Part shown: positions 9,377-19,367 of the stretch, piece after piece
Numbering within the stretch: position 1 is the stretch's first letter
How the letters are laid out: each line of letters opens with the position of its first letter
Source: Tolypothrix carrinoi HA7290-LM1
Lineage (GTDB): Bacteria; Cyanobacteriota; Cyanobacteriia; Cyanobacteriales; Nostocaceae
NCBI GenBank assembly: GCA_019358935.1
Contig: JAHHIK010000011.1
Location: 32,001 to 96,000 of the forward strand
Direction of reading: 5' to 3'
DNA length: 64,000 nt
Position numbers and translations under genes: made by a program
The notes under the pieces: model-generated
What the model was told of the DNA's origin: nothing
Seen by the model: only the letters and a program-made list of their open reading frames with translations
The model's database searches: none

Positions 9377-11002
9377 CTACTCAGAGAAGTTATACCAGGT
9401 TAATATACTACCTGAAAAGACGATCGCCGCCAATCCCAAAAATACAGCTTGTAATCCAACGAATGTTTCTGCTACTCCTGCCAATGCCAAGGGTAAAGTA
9501 AGGGCAATATTAATCACATTGTTTTGCAGTCCAAAGACTTTACCACGCATTTCGGGTGGGGTTTCGCTTTGGATCGCTGTTTGCATGGGGATACCGACTA
9601 ACGCTCCACACACACCCAACAGCGCTATTAATAAAAGGATAATCCATAACTGTGTTGTGAATATCGACAAACCAATCAAGGATGCTGTCATACCCATACA
9701 TCCAAATACACTTAATTGGGTATAAGAAAAGCGTTGACAAAATTGACCAAGAATGGTTGCCCCAAGAGCAATACCAACACCACCAGATGCGAGTAAAAAG
9801 CCGAATTGGGAGGCTTTTAAGTTGGGAATTATTTCTGCCATGCGAACCGCGAGAACAGTTAAGGCGGCAAAGACAGAAAATAAGATAATAAGTTGGATTA
9901 AAGCATTGCGAAGGCGATGATTTTCTCCTAGATACTTAAAACCATCACGCAGGTCAGCAAAAACGTGGGGGTATTCTGCTTGATTTGAGTGAGATTTTTC
10001 GTTAGTTGACAAAAGTAACAAAATTATGCTGGCGATCGCATAACTACCACCCACCAAAAGTTCTTTACCCAATCCTCCGCTACCACCAACAATTAACTGC
10101 CAAACATGGTCAGCTAAAGCTAACAGCGGTTCCCCGACAGCAAACCCGACAATCACCGATGCCATCATCGTTGTTGTATACAGCGAGTTAGCCGAGAGTA
10201 AATCTTGCTCTTTCACTACCAAAGGAATCGCTGCTTGTTCTGCTGGTGCAAAAAACTGCGTCAGTGTCGAAACCAAAAAAGTTACAACTAAAATCATGCA
10301 AAAACCAACTGGCAAAACTCCGATTGGCTTCCAATCATGAGTTAACCACAACAGCATTGGAATTGCCAAAACCAAAATACCGCGCCAAACATTCGTTGCT
10401 ACTAGCACTGCCTTTTTTGACCAGCGGTCTACAAATACACCCGCAACAGAACCAAACAACACCGCAGGAATGGTAAAAGTCATCATCAGCGCTGATACCC
10501 AACCGCTAATACTTTGATCGCTTGCCTGAAACTGAGTATTTATCAAAGCAATCATCAGCACTAGATATACTTTATCTGCCAATTGGCAGAAGACTTGACC
10601 ACCCCAAAGAGCTAAAAAATTAGGATTTTTGAATACAGGTAAAAAACCCTGTTCACCATCAGCTGATACAGCTTCCTTATTATCTGGCGGTTCTTTGCCA
10701 TTTGTAGAGGTTAATGGCTTATGCTCAGAAGCATCAATTTTGCCATTTTCAGCGGTTTTTTTTTCGCCACCTTTTGTGAGATCGCTTTTTGGTATTTCCG
10801 AGTTTGACAAATTTTTCTCGTTTTGATAAACGTCTGGAGACATTTCTTGGCTATACAAGCGATCGCTTGTATTCGGTACAGCACTAAGATGTGGTGCTTG
10901 TGGTGATGAGTTGAGTGTCCTATTATGTTTTTTGCCGTGACTGGGGGAGCGCGGCAAGATTTTTGGTTCTAAATCAGACGGTTGCATCATAGTTGGCAGC
11001 AA
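9377..11002 (-). CDS. MFS transporter
   Basis: About 12 TM segments, [11 protein letters not shown] motif A, polar N-terminal extension. Confidence 0.9.
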   Translation of the reverse strand: MLPTMMQPSDLEPKILPRSPSHGKKHNRTLNSSPQAPHLSAVPNTSDRLYSQEMSPDVYQNEKNLSNSEIPKSDLTKGGEKKTAENGKIDASEHKPLTSTNGKEPPDNKEAVSADGEQGFLPVFKNPNFLALWGGQVFCQLADKVYLVLMIALINTQFQASDQSISGWVSALMMTFTIPAVLFGSVAGVFVDRWSKKAVLVATNVWRGILVLAIPMLLWLTHDWKPIGVLPVGFCMILVVTFLVSTLTQFFAPAEQAAIPLVVKEQDLLSANSLYTTTMMASVIVGFAVGEPLLALADHVWQLIVGGSGGLGKELLVGGSYAIASIILLLLSTNEKSHSNQAEYPHVFADLRDGFKYLGENHRLRNALIQLIILFSVFAALTVLAVRMAEIIPNLKASQFGFLLASGGVGIALGATILGQFCQRFSYTQLSVFGCMGMTASLIGLSIFTTQLWIILLLIALLGVCGALVGIPMQTAIQSETPPEMRGKVFGLQNNVINIALTLPLALAGVAETFVGLQAVFLGLAAIVFSGSILTWYNFSE

Positions 11003-11978
11003 AATAAGAATCGATCAACGCAGCGGAGCGAATAGGACGACCTAAATGATATTGAGCATATAAGCGCAAAATTTGCTCAACAGATAACCAGCCATCATTG
11101 GCAGCATCAATAGGCATTATCTCTGGTTGCGACAACTGCTGGAGCATAGCCAGTTCTGTCGCATTTAGTCGGCTAGAAAGCACTGGTATTTCTTGGCGAT
11201 GGACAATGGTTTCGTAGGTTGAGGAGGATGGGGAAGACAAGGGAGAGGGGGGAGACAAGGGAGAGGGGGAGGACAAGGGAGAGATAGGAATTTGTTTCTT
11301 ACCCCCTTGTCCCCCCTGTCTCCCTTGTCCCCCTTGTCCCCCTTGTCCCCCTCTCTCCCACTCCCCCCCTCTCCCTTTCTCCCCTTCTTTTCGCAAGCGC
11401 TCCAAAGCTTGTAAACTAACTGTTCCACCAGCAGAGACACTAAATCCTACCTGAGCCTTGGGGTCTGAAAAGTCTGGTATTAAGGGACTTTGAGTCAAGC
11501 AACAAACTTGCACTTGGGGGGTGAGTCCTGAATTCGCTAAAAGGTGAAATACAGCATGTGCCAGATGAGCGAAAATACTTTTTACTTGTGTGGTGGGTAT
11601 CGCTTCCAACCTACCCAGATGTTCATTGAGTAACTCATACAATTCCTCTTGGGGTTGTTCGCTTAGAGCTTGACATAATACAATTTCTGCTAAATACTGA
11701 CTAGCAGCTAGTTTTCCTAAGTCTTTACCAAGACCTGGATAAGTTTTTATAGTTTGCGCTTGTGTAATTTTGTCAAGCGATCGCCCTTGGGCAATCAGTA
11801 GTTCATTGACAACAAACATCCCGCTCCTACCACCAAGGCTTGATTTGTGCTTGCGTGCCCCTGGAGCAATTGCTCGAATCAAACCAAACTCTCGTGTCAA
11901 AATTGTCACTAGCCTATCGGCTTCGCCAAACGCCTGGGTTTTCAGATTAATCCCAGTTGCTTTATAAGTTCTACTCAT
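10974..11978 (-). CDS. recO: DNA repair protein RecO with repeat-derived insertion
   Basis: [27 protein letters not shown]-terminus; deoC-recO-MFS synteny. Confidence 0.92.
   Translation of the reverse strand: MSRTYKATGINLKTQAFGEADRLVTILTREFGLIRAIAPGARKHKSSLGGRSGMFVVNELLIAQGRSLDKITQAQTIKTYPGLGKDLGKLAASQYLAEIVLCQALSEQPQEELYELLNEHLGRLEAIPTTQVKSIFAHLAHAVFHLLANSGLTPQVQVCCLTQSPLIPDFSDPKAQVGFSVSAGGTVSLQALERLRKEGEKGRGGEWERGGQGGQGGQGRQGGQGGKKQIPISPLSSPSPLSPPSPLSSPSSSTYETIVHRQEIPVLSSRLNATELAMLQQLSQPEIMPIDAANDGWLSVEQILRLYAQYHLGRPIRSAALIDSYFAANYDATV
11230..11386. repeat. two opposed short-tandem-repeat tracts inside recO
   Basis: GACAAGGG-type tract followed by CCCTTGTC-type tract within the reading frame. 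Confidence 0.9.
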
Positions 11979-12155
11979 TAGTCATTGGTCAAAGTCGGTT
12001 AGTAGTTAGTGGTTAGTAGTTAGTGGTGAGGCAGCGCGGTCATGTTCGTTACCCCCATGAGCGACTGCCTCTCCCGTTGGGTTAGTAGTTAGTAGTGAAG
12101 AAAATCGACTAACTACTAACAATTCCCCGACTAACAAAAAACAAATAACTACTCT

Positions 12156-12830
12156 CTATGATTCCAGGGTATCGCGCTGGCGGATCAAATCGATACCGCG
12201 AGAAGTGCCTAATCTAGTCGCACCCGCTACAATTAAGTCTAAAGCTTGCGAGGCGGTACGAATTCCTCCTGAAGCTTTAATTCCCACTCTTTCTCGTGCC
12301 ACTTCTTTCAAAAGTCGTACATCTGCCACTGTCGCACCACCATTCCAGCCTGTACAGGTTTTGAGAAATGCTGCCCCTGCATCCATAGCTATTTCTGCTG
12401 CCACGCTTTTCTCCGTATCCGTCAGCAGATTAGTTTCCAATATTACCTTTACTTGTTGCCCAGCGGCTTCGCAAATTTCGGCAATTTCCCGATGTATTTC
12501 CTCAGTTTTGCCAGCTTTCAACCAGCCCAAATTAATTACCACATCCAATTCAGCAGCACCATTTTCTAGTGCTTCTTGAGCTTCAAACAGCTTGACGGCT
12601 GAAGTTGTAGCCCCAGTGGGAAAGCCAATCACCGTACAGACTTTAGGATTTTTGCCGTGGAGGAGTTCCGCCGCTTGCTTGACATGGACGGGGTAGACGC
12701 AAACCGCTGCAAAGCCAAATCTGTCTGCTTCTTCACACCATTGCTTAACGTGCTCGCTTGTAGCCGTGGGCATCAGCAGCGCATGATCGATGTATGGCGC
12801 AATATCAATGTCTGGATAATCTGCTGCCAT
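12156..12830 (-). CDS. deoC: deoxyribose-phosphate aldolase
   Basis: [41 protein letters not shown] motifs. Confidence 0.96.
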   Translation of the reverse strand: MAADYPDIDIAPYIDHALLMPTATSEHVKQWCEEADRFGFAAVCVYPVHVKQAAELLHGKNPKVCTVIGFPTGATTSAVKLFEAQEALENGAAELDVVINLGWLKAGKTEEIHREIAEICEAAGQQVKVILETNLLTDTEKSVAAEIAMDAGAAFLKTCTGWNGGATVADVRLLKEVARERVGIKASGGIRTASQALDLIVAGATRLGTSRGIDLIRQRDTLES

Positions 12831-12974
12831 TGTTACTTTTACCAGTAATTGATTATTAAACTTTATTTAGAATCTTAAAGACATTTTTATTAAATTAAAC
12901 CATAATTCGTGACATTTTTCTTGAGTATGTGACAGCTGATTGAGTGTTGAGGGTAGTTTCGCTCTCTATTACCC

Positions 12975-14219
12975 TTAGTGTTTAAGTTGACATTCGGCAC
13001 TCGTCAGGGTAAGAAAATGAAAAGCATTGCGATCGCTGCAAAGCGTGCCGTAGCGATCGCCCCCGAATCGAGCATCGCCTGTTGCTAAAAAGTCAAGGAT
13101 AGTTTGCGCTAACTTTTTTGCAGCTAGATATGGTACACCATTACCAATAGTTTTAAACATATTCGTCAACGTCATATTCTCTGGAAGCACAAAATTTGCG
13201 GGTAAAGATTGTATCGCTAAAGCTTCCGCTACAGAAATTCTTCTAACTTTGTAGGGATGCAAATGTACTTCATTATTGCCATAACAAGCTGTGGGAGAAT
13301 AACGCCATCGGTGAAGACGCTTATAAGACTTTTTGGAATCATCTCCTTCATCAACAACAGCAAATTTTTTTATACCAGCCCTAGGTTGAAAATAGTGTTT
13401 TGAATTGGCATGATTTAATACATCATTTTTTCTAAACCAGTATTCAACAGTTAGTTCCTGAAGAATCCCATCAGGAGATGACAGTATAGAATCTTCTTTG
13501 AATAATTCACGCATCCCCCAAGGGTAAGAAAAGACTTTATCTTGAGGATATAAAATATGCTTTTTCCAAGGAAAAGTACCTTCAGGAAGAATATTTTCAC
13601 TCGGAAGTATTATTCCCATATCTTGAATAAGCTTTTTTTGAAAGCCAATAAGAATAATTCTTTCTCTATCTTGAGGTACACCATATTCAATCGCATTAAT
13701 TAACCGCTCTGTTAATACATAACCAGCTTGCTGCAATTGTTGTTTCAGCGCTTCAAAAAATAAACGGTGTTTTGTCGTCTTCCACAATCCCTTGACGTTT
13801 TCAAATAAAAAGAAATCAGGTTGCTGTTGGCAAATTAATTCAACATAGGAAGCCGAAAGTTTACCATTATCTCCCAAGCGTCCTTTGTTCTTACCACCAA
13901 CAGAAAAATCAGGACAAGGAGGACCACCAATAAAACCAATTATATTATTAGATTTGCGGCAATCTTGTACTAACTCTCGCAGACGTTGTGCTGGTAAACC
14001 TTCAATAAGTTTGGTTACGTCGGCTTCTTCCCCATAATGATATCCGTATTTCGGTAATGGCAGATTGAGAGCCTGCCGTGAATAACGATATGCTGTCATG
14101 AAAGGGGAAAAAAGTTCATTTACATAAACGATATTAAAACCGTTGGTTTCAAAACCTAAATCAAGGAAACCAGAGCCGGCAAAAAAGGAAAAGATGGAAG
14201 GGCGATCGCTTGTCATCAC
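12975..14219 (-). CDS. DNA (cytosine-5) methyltransferase, apparently orphan
   Basis: Motif I FAGSG, IV GGPPCPDFS, VI ENV, VIII QDRERI, X IGNGVP. Confidence 0.95.
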   Translation of the reverse strand: MMTSDRPSIFSFFAGSGFLDLGFETNGFNIVYVNELFSPFMTAYRYSRQALNLPLPKYGYHYGEEADVTKLIEGLPAQRLRELVQDCRKSNNIIGFIGGPPCPDFSVGGKNKGRLGDNGKLSASYVELICQQQPDFFLFENVKGLWKTTKHRLFFEALKQQLQQAGYVLTERLINAIEYGVPQDRERIILIGFQKKLIQDMGIILPSENILPEGTFPWKKHILYPQDKVFSYPWGMRELFKEDSILSSPDGILQELTVEYWFRKNDVLNHANSKHYFQPRAGIKKFAVVDEGDDSKKSYKRLHRWRYSPTACYGNNEVHLHPYKVRRISVAEALAIQSLPANFVLPENMTLTNMFKTIGNGVPYLAAKKLAQTILDFLATGDARFGGDRYGTLCSDRNAFHFLTLTSAECQLKH

Positions 14220-14284
14220 ATTAACGCTGCTTACTCTAAACTAAAGTATATTAGCGCCATATCCCGCTGCTAATTGCAAGTTTT

Positions 14285-14555
14285 ATGCCGAAAGAAGATA
14301 AATTTGATTTATCACAAGCTAGCACCTCTGATATCCTCGGTTATGATGACTTTCGAGCGTGAACTGAAAACACGGATTTCTCACGCTCAATTACGAGCGG
14401 CTGTTGCTGTCAACAAAGAGTTAGTATTACTTTACTGGCAAATTGGGCGAGATATTCTTCACAGACAGCAGCAGCAAGGATGGGGAGCAAAAGTAATCAA
14501 CCGTCTTGCAACTGACTTGCAGCAAGCTTTTCCAGAAATCAAAGGTTTCTCACCA
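14285..14555 (+). pseudogene. DUF1016/YhcG N-terminal fragment, frameshifted and truncated
   Basis: ATG at 14285 (MPKEDKF..GYDDF) shifts frame into ELKTRI..AVAVNKELVLLYWQIG..GWGAKVI..LA.DL..FP..KGFS, then ends at a palindromic element. Confidence 0.75.
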
Positions 14556-14617
14556 AAGACGGCTTCGGTTGCCCATCCCACGGCTGGGGTGGGAGGAATC
14601 GCCGTCCGCCGTCTTGG
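14553..14617. mobile_element. small palindromic element
   Basis: AAGACGGC ... GCCGTCTT terminal inverted repeat at the DUF1016 breakpoint. Confidence 0.5.
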
Positions 14618-14827
14618 GCACAGTCTAATTCCGTATTCCTTAGAAGCACAAAAGCCAGTTTTTGATTGTACTAGTGCAGATGGTCTTCGGGGGGCACACA
14701 TTAGTAGAGCCAGAGACTCAGTTGATTATTTTGAACCGATAGTAAAAAGGCTTCTGACCGTAATTAATAATATCTAAAAATACATTGCTTTAATAAGTGT
14801 AGGGTAGGCAATGCCCACCCTACTCAA

Positions 14828-14915
14828 CTTTGCGCCTTTGCGCCTTTGCGTGAGATTACTCTTCCTACCTTTTAATCACCAATAGCTTCAGCCTGTGCTT
14901 CTGGTAACAAACGCT
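14828..14915. repeat. 88-bp direct repeat, copy A (duplicate of DUF697 gene 3' end)
   Basis: 83/88 identical by eye to 15671-15758. Confidence 0.92.
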
Positions 14916-14962
14916 GCATATCCCAAGTCGATATTTAGAGCAATCTCACAAGGATTTGAACT

Positions 14963-15211
14963 ATGTCTGAACCATTCATTGACCTTGATGCAATTTTCAA
15001 TCATGCTTTGCAGGAAACCGAAGATGGTATGAAACTTGGCTTTGATATTAGTGAACCTTGTCTTGTGACACCGTTAGAATGGTACGCCAATAAATATCCA
15101 GAGATTGCGGAACGCTGCAATAAAGCTTTGTTAGAACTTATTGATAAGCAAGCAGCTACTACTCCTGAATTAGTAGCTGCATACTCTGAAATTGATCTGG
15201 ACGGATTTTAA
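14963..15211 (+). CDS. hypothetical acidic protein
   Basis: 82-aa ORF with ATG and AAGGA upstream. Confidence 0.6.
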   Translation: MSEPFIDLDAIFNHALQETEDGMKLGFDISEPCLVTPLEWYANKYPEIAERCNKALLELIDKQAATTPELVAAYSEIDLDGF

Positions 15212-15268
15212 AGGCAGCGGAGATATTGGAATAAATAAAAATAACCTAGTAGGTTAAAGAATTAAAAC

Positions 15269-15607
15269 TTATTTTGGCAAAATTTTCATGATATAGTCAA
15301 TCATTTGTTTAACAGTTACGTACCCATTTAAAAAGTATCCTTCAGGAATTTTTATCCCGAATTCTTCTTCTATAGCTATCAAGAATTCAACTTGATCTAT
15401 TTCATCTATACCTAGAGGATTTACTTTTGGATCAGTAGTGACACGACTAAAACCGCAAGAAATCCTCGCGTCAAATGGAGATATGAATTCCACAGGAAGA
15501 AAAATTGGTGTGTCTAAAGTGATACTCTCTTTCTCTGCTAATAATTGTTCTGCTATAACTTGCTGCAATTTTGGGAAAATATCTAAAAAAGAATATTTAT
15601 CAACCAT
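15269..15607 (-). CDS. acyl-carrier-protein-like protein lacking the phosphopantetheine serine
   Basis: KLQQVIAEQL...LGIDEIDQVEFLIAIEEEFGIKIP...TVKQMIDYI aligns with acpP at 63732 (DSLD becomes DEID). Confidence 0.8.
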   Translation of the reverse strand: MVDKYSFLDIFPKLQQVIAEQLLAEKESITLDTPIFLPVEFISPFDARISCGFSRVTTDPKVNPLGIDEIDQVEFLIAIEEEFGIKIPEGYFLNGYVTVKQMIDYIMKILPK

Positions 15608-15670
15608 TTAATTTAATACGTTTTAAATAATTTACTTGATTAAGTCTCACGCAAAGACAAAGAAGAAATC

Positions 15671-15758
15671 CTTTGCGTCTTTGCGGCTTTGCGTGAGATT
15701 ATTCTTCCTACCTTTTAACCACTAATAGCTTCAGCCTGTGCTTCTGGTAACAAACGCT
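15671..15758. repeat. 88-bp direct repeat, copy B
   Basis: Last 14 codons of DUF697 gene plus one arm of the downstream hairpin. Confidence 0.92.
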
Positions 15759-17136
15759 TCACACCTTGCTTAACAAACCCCTGCAAAAAACCAATTTGCT
15801 GATTTTGCACAAAGACATTTTGCAACGTTTGCCGCAATTTATCGAGATTCAAACCACCTTCAGAATTTAAGGCAATTTCCTGCTGCTCGAAATACTCGAT
15901 TAAGCTTAAACCTGCTACTCTGGTAAGATAAGCTGCACTCACACCTTGCACGACACCACCAGCAACAAAGGTGACAGCATTACTCTTGAGGACAGTGCTA
16001 ACAGCTTTCGTAGAAAGTTCTACCAAACCGAGTTTCAGCATCAAACTTCCCATTGCACCGGCTACAGTTTGCGCTTGTTCAAGGGAAAATTTCTGCTGAT
16101 AAATACCACCCAAATCGATTACCATTTGGGCATTAATTGCCGCTGTTGCCAAAATATCCAACGCTGGTACTGGGTTAGCGAATGCCGCAGCCGCAGCGAT
16201 CCACTGATATTGTTCTATTATGGGAGTTGCGCGATCGCCTCTCACCTGATTCAACAACTTCTTCGCATCAGCTTTCAGCAACTTCGCTTTTCTCATCGTA
16301 GTTGTCCACACCAGTTGTTGTTTTTGCTGTGCGACAATCTCATTTAACTGCTGCGTCAACTGCTGAATGTCTGGTGCAGGTTGTTCCATCCATTCTTGCA
16401 GGGAACCGTCTTCTTGATGCTTCCGCACCTTGATGGGCAAAGGAGACACCGCTGTTGCAACTACATTCGTCTGCATCCGCTGTTTCAACGACAGTAACAC
16501 GCTTGCGCGTTCGTCTGGTAAATACTGGTCTTGTTTGTTGAAAACCAGCATTGCAGGTTGATTTGCTGCCTTTAACTGCTGTAAACTTTTAAATTCTGAA
16601 TCTGTCAAATCACCGTTTGTCAAAAACAGAACAAAATCAGATTGATTAACTTCTGAAGTAGCAGTATCTGACTTTTCACTTGCTTCTACAAACAAAGGTG
16701 CTGTTTCGTTGAATTGTACAGATGCGAAATTTTTCCGTAGAACTTGAATTAAGGTGGTTTTACCTACCGACTTTCCACCAGTAACAGCTAGTTTAATTTC
16801 TTGTCTATCTAATTCAAAGAATAATTGATTAACTTGTTCTCGCAGCGTTTTTAAAGCTGGATGGTTTTCAGCTTCACCTGCAAGTTGGTTAATTACGACT
16901 TCAGTAAGTGCGATCGCTTCTTCTACTCTAGCCCGATTTACAGGCATTCCATCAAAGATATCAGAAGCATTTTTGCCGCGATTTGGCTTAAATAACCACA
17001 AACCACCACCAACTGCTACGAGACTCAATAAACCAAACTCTCCCACCTGCACCATTGAATGGTGCATATTTTGCAAAATCCATAGAGAAAAGGACAGTCC
17101 CAATCCTCCCACTAAAATCGGTCGCTGCAACTTCAC
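15715..17136 (-). CDS. DUF697 / GTPase-like membrane-associated protein
   Basis: GGKSVGKT P-loop, NKQD, C-terminal ANPVPALD DUF697-type region; likely GTG start at 17136 after GGAG. Confidence 0.82.
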   Translation of the reverse strand: MKLQRPILVGGLGLSFSLWILQNMHHSMVQVGEFGLLSLVAVGGGLWLFKPNRGKNASDIFDGMPVNRARVEEAIALTEVVINQLAGEAENHPALKTLREQVNQLFFELDRQEIKLAVTGGKSVGKTTLIQVLRKNFASVQFNETAPLFVEASEKSDTATSEVNQSDFVLFLTNGDLTDSEFKSLQQLKAANQPAMLVFNKQDQYLPDERASVLLSLKQRMQTNVVATAVSPLPIKVRKHQEDGSLQEWMEQPAPDIQQLTQQLNEIVAQQKQQLVWTTTMRKAKLLKADAKKLLNQVRGDRATPIIEQYQWIAAAAAFANPVPALDILATAAINAQMVIDLGGIYQQKFSLEQAQTVAGAMGSLMLKLGLVELSTKAVSTVLKSNAVTFVAGGVVQGVSAAYLTRVAGLSLIEYFEQQEIALNSEGGLNLDKLRQTLQNVFVQNQQIGFLQGFVKQGVKRLLPEAQAEAISG

Positions 17137-17348
17137 AACTATGATTCTCCGCGCTTTTTCGATCCCTTCTCCTCCAGAATAGATCAAAAATTCCCTTGGA
17201 CAAATTCCACAGGCAACTCCAGACAATCTTCTTTACTTACAAACGGCAGTAAAATTAACTCCCAAGTGTTGTGATACCGGGCTAAACGTGGTTTACCTGC
17301 CGCTTGTCAGTCTCAACAAAGTGTATTTTGGTATCATAGCTTATGAAC
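17108..17348. repeat. 241-bp direct repeat, copy A (endonuclease 3' remnant + DUF697 start)
   Basis: Matches 19126-19367. Confidence 0.95.
17182..17348 (-). pseudogene. 3' remnant of PD-(D/E)XK homing endonuclease gene
   Basis: Homologous to the C-terminal third of 19202-19684 with a 1-bp deletion; truncated at a MITE. Confidence 0.88.
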
Positions 17349-17351
17349 CAT

Positions 17352-17441
17352 AGGACTTACGCAACAAGGACTTGAAAGCGTTATACCGTAGCGATAATTC
17401 ATGAATTATCGCTACTTGAGTTATGTTTTGCGCTCATTCCT
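17352..17441. mobile_element. MITE-like element (AGGACTTACGCA...TGCGCTCATTCCT) with internal GTAG palindrome
   Basis: Imperfect terminal inverted repeats; related copy at 25327-25421. Confidence 0.7.
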
Positions 17442-17557
17442 GAACCAATACGGTTCAGTTAAAACTCAAATTTAGGTAAATAAAGTATTGTTGCCAAAAA
17501 TGATAATTGAGTGTCGTGTATCTCAGGGATTTATAGCCGCTCCAAAAGGTGAGAGTC

Positions 17558-18457
17558 ATGTCAAAGACAGAGCATGAATGCTGCGCTATAGAAAAGGCAA
17601 TCTTAAAAAGCTTTAATCGTCAATCTCTACTCTCCAACGACAATTTGCTTTGGAGCGGTATCCGCTTCCAGTTCACTCATAGCAACAGCGCAAGTGCATT
17701 GCCAGAGGAGATTATCTTTCCAGAAAATGCGATTCATATTTATACAGAAATGCCGTCTGATTATGTTATTGAAGCGCGAATTAATGGACGATCGCAAAAA
17801 AGCTCGCTTGTCACGGGTCATAGTCTCATCATTCCACGCGGCACTGCTTATTGGCAATCAGACAACCACAAAAGCAAAGGCATTACTTTAGGTTTGAATT
17901 CCAGCTTTCTTGCCCGCACTCTCTCTGAATCGATTGACTTAGATTGTCTGGAACTGCAACCGCAATTTCCGACGTTTGACCCCCTCATTTATCAAATTGG
18001 GCTAGCGCTAAAAGCTGAATTAGAACAGAATCGGTATTCTAGCCGCTTATATGCAGAATCTGCCGCGACGTTTCTCGTCACCCATCTTTTCCACCATTAC
18101 GCTTGTCGCTTGACAAAAGAGCAAATCACAACAAGTGGCTTGCCTAAGTACAAATTACAACAAGTCATTGATTACATTCATGCCAACCTTGACTGTGATA
18201 TTGGCTTGACTGAATTGGCTGACTTGGCTTTGATGAGTCTCTCCCACTTCTCTCGATTATTCAAACAATCAACGGGATACTCACCCCATCAGTTTGTCAT
18301 CAAGTGCCGCGTCGAGCAAGCTCGTGAACTCCTCCTCAAAAGTGATTTGTCGATCGCGGATATCAGTTATCAAGTCGGCTTTGCCAATCAGGGGCATTTA
18401 ACCAATCATTTTAAGCGTCTGCTAGGAGTCACGCCTAAAGTCGTTCGAGAAAAATAG
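17558..18457 (+). CDS. AraC family transcriptional regulator
   Basis: C-terminal double HTH (SHFSRLFKQSTG..P, VGFANQGHLTNHFKRLLGVTP). Confidence 0.95.
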   Translation: MSKTEHECCAIEKAILKSFNRQSLLSNDNLLWSGIRFQFTHSNSASALPEEIIFPENAIHIYTEMPSDYVIEARINGRSQKSSLVTGHSLIIPRGTAYWQSDNHKSKGITLGLNSSFLARTLSESIDLDCLELQPQFPTFDPLIYQIGLALKAELEQNRYSSRLYAESAATFLVTHLFHHYACRLTKEQITTSGLPKYKLQQVIDYIHANLDCDIGLTELADLALMSLSHFSRLFKQSTGYSPHQFVIKCRVEQARELLLKSDLSIADISYQVGFANQGHLTNHFKRLLGVTPKVVREK

Positions 18458-18652
18458 CAGAAACGTGTAAAAAAAGTCAAAACTTGTAAGATTAACTAAG
18501 AGTGCGATCGCTACTTTAGAAATCAGGATGCGCTGCAAGTGTCATTTGCTAGGCTGGATACTTTTATCCACCCTACAAGTTAAAAATTATAGCAGATTGC
18601 AACTGCGTCCTAGAAGTAACAAAACTTAGAGCTTCCAAGGAAAGATATTCTT

Positions 18653-19066
18653 ATGGGAATAAAATTTACCGGCGGTTGTCTGTGCGGATCTGTCCGCTAT
18701 GAATGTTCAGCCGAACCGCTTGCAATGGGCAATTGTCACTGTCGCGATTGTCAACGAGTGACAGGAAGTGCTTATGCTTCCGGACTTATGGTGCCGCAGA
18801 ATACAGTTACCATCACCGGAGATGTGAAATACTATGATGTAATTGGCGATAGTGGCAGCATTGTTGGTCGGGGCTTTTGCCCAAACTGCGGTTCCCGATT
18901 ATTTAGCAAACCCCCAAACCCTGAGCTTATGAACATTATGGCAGGGAGTCTCGATGACCCAAGCTGGTTTAGACCTGTAATGGATGTTTATACAGCCAGT
19001 GCCCAGCCGTGGGATTACATGAACCCGGATCTGCACAAATTTGCCAAGATGCCACCGATGCTTTAA
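18653..19066 (+). CDS. GFA (glutathione-dependent formaldehyde-activating / CENP-V) family protein
   Basis: GGCLCG, CHCRDCQR, FCPNCGS zinc motifs. Confidence 0.93.
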   Translation: MGIKFTGGCLCGSVRYECSAEPLAMGNCHCRDCQRVTGSAYASGLMVPQNTVTITGDVKYYDVIGDSGSIVGRGFCPNCGSRLFSKPPNPELMNIMAGSLDDPSWFRPVMDVYTASAQPWDYMNPDLHKFAKMPPML

Positions 19067-19125
19067 AGTCCCGCGTCATGATGCCTGCCAGACCAACCAC
19101 GCTTCGTCCGCATCAAGAGTGGCAG

Positions 19126-19367
19126 CCCACTAAAATTGGTCGCTGCAACTTCACAACTATGATTCTCCGCGCTTTTTCGATCCCTTCTCCTCCAGAATAG
19201 ATCAAAAATTCCCTTGGACAAATTCCACAGGCAACTCCAGACAATTTTCTTTACTTACAAACGGCAGTAAAATTAACTCCCAAGCATCACGATACTTAGC
19301 TGAACGTGGTTTACGCTGCCGCTTGTCTGTTTCAACAAAGTGTATTTCGCTACCATAGCTTATGAAC
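19126..19367. repeat. 241-bp direct repeat, copy B
   Basis: Matches 17108-17348. Confidence 0.95.

Noticed and set aside
14274..14777. 167-aa ORF as an intact gene
   Set aside because: Chimeric frame joining a DUF1016 fragment, a palindromic element and an unrelated tail
17137..17226. N-terminal extension of DUF697 from TTG 17226
   Set aside because: Overlaps the duplicated endonuclease tail; GGAG plus GTG at 17136 is more plausible
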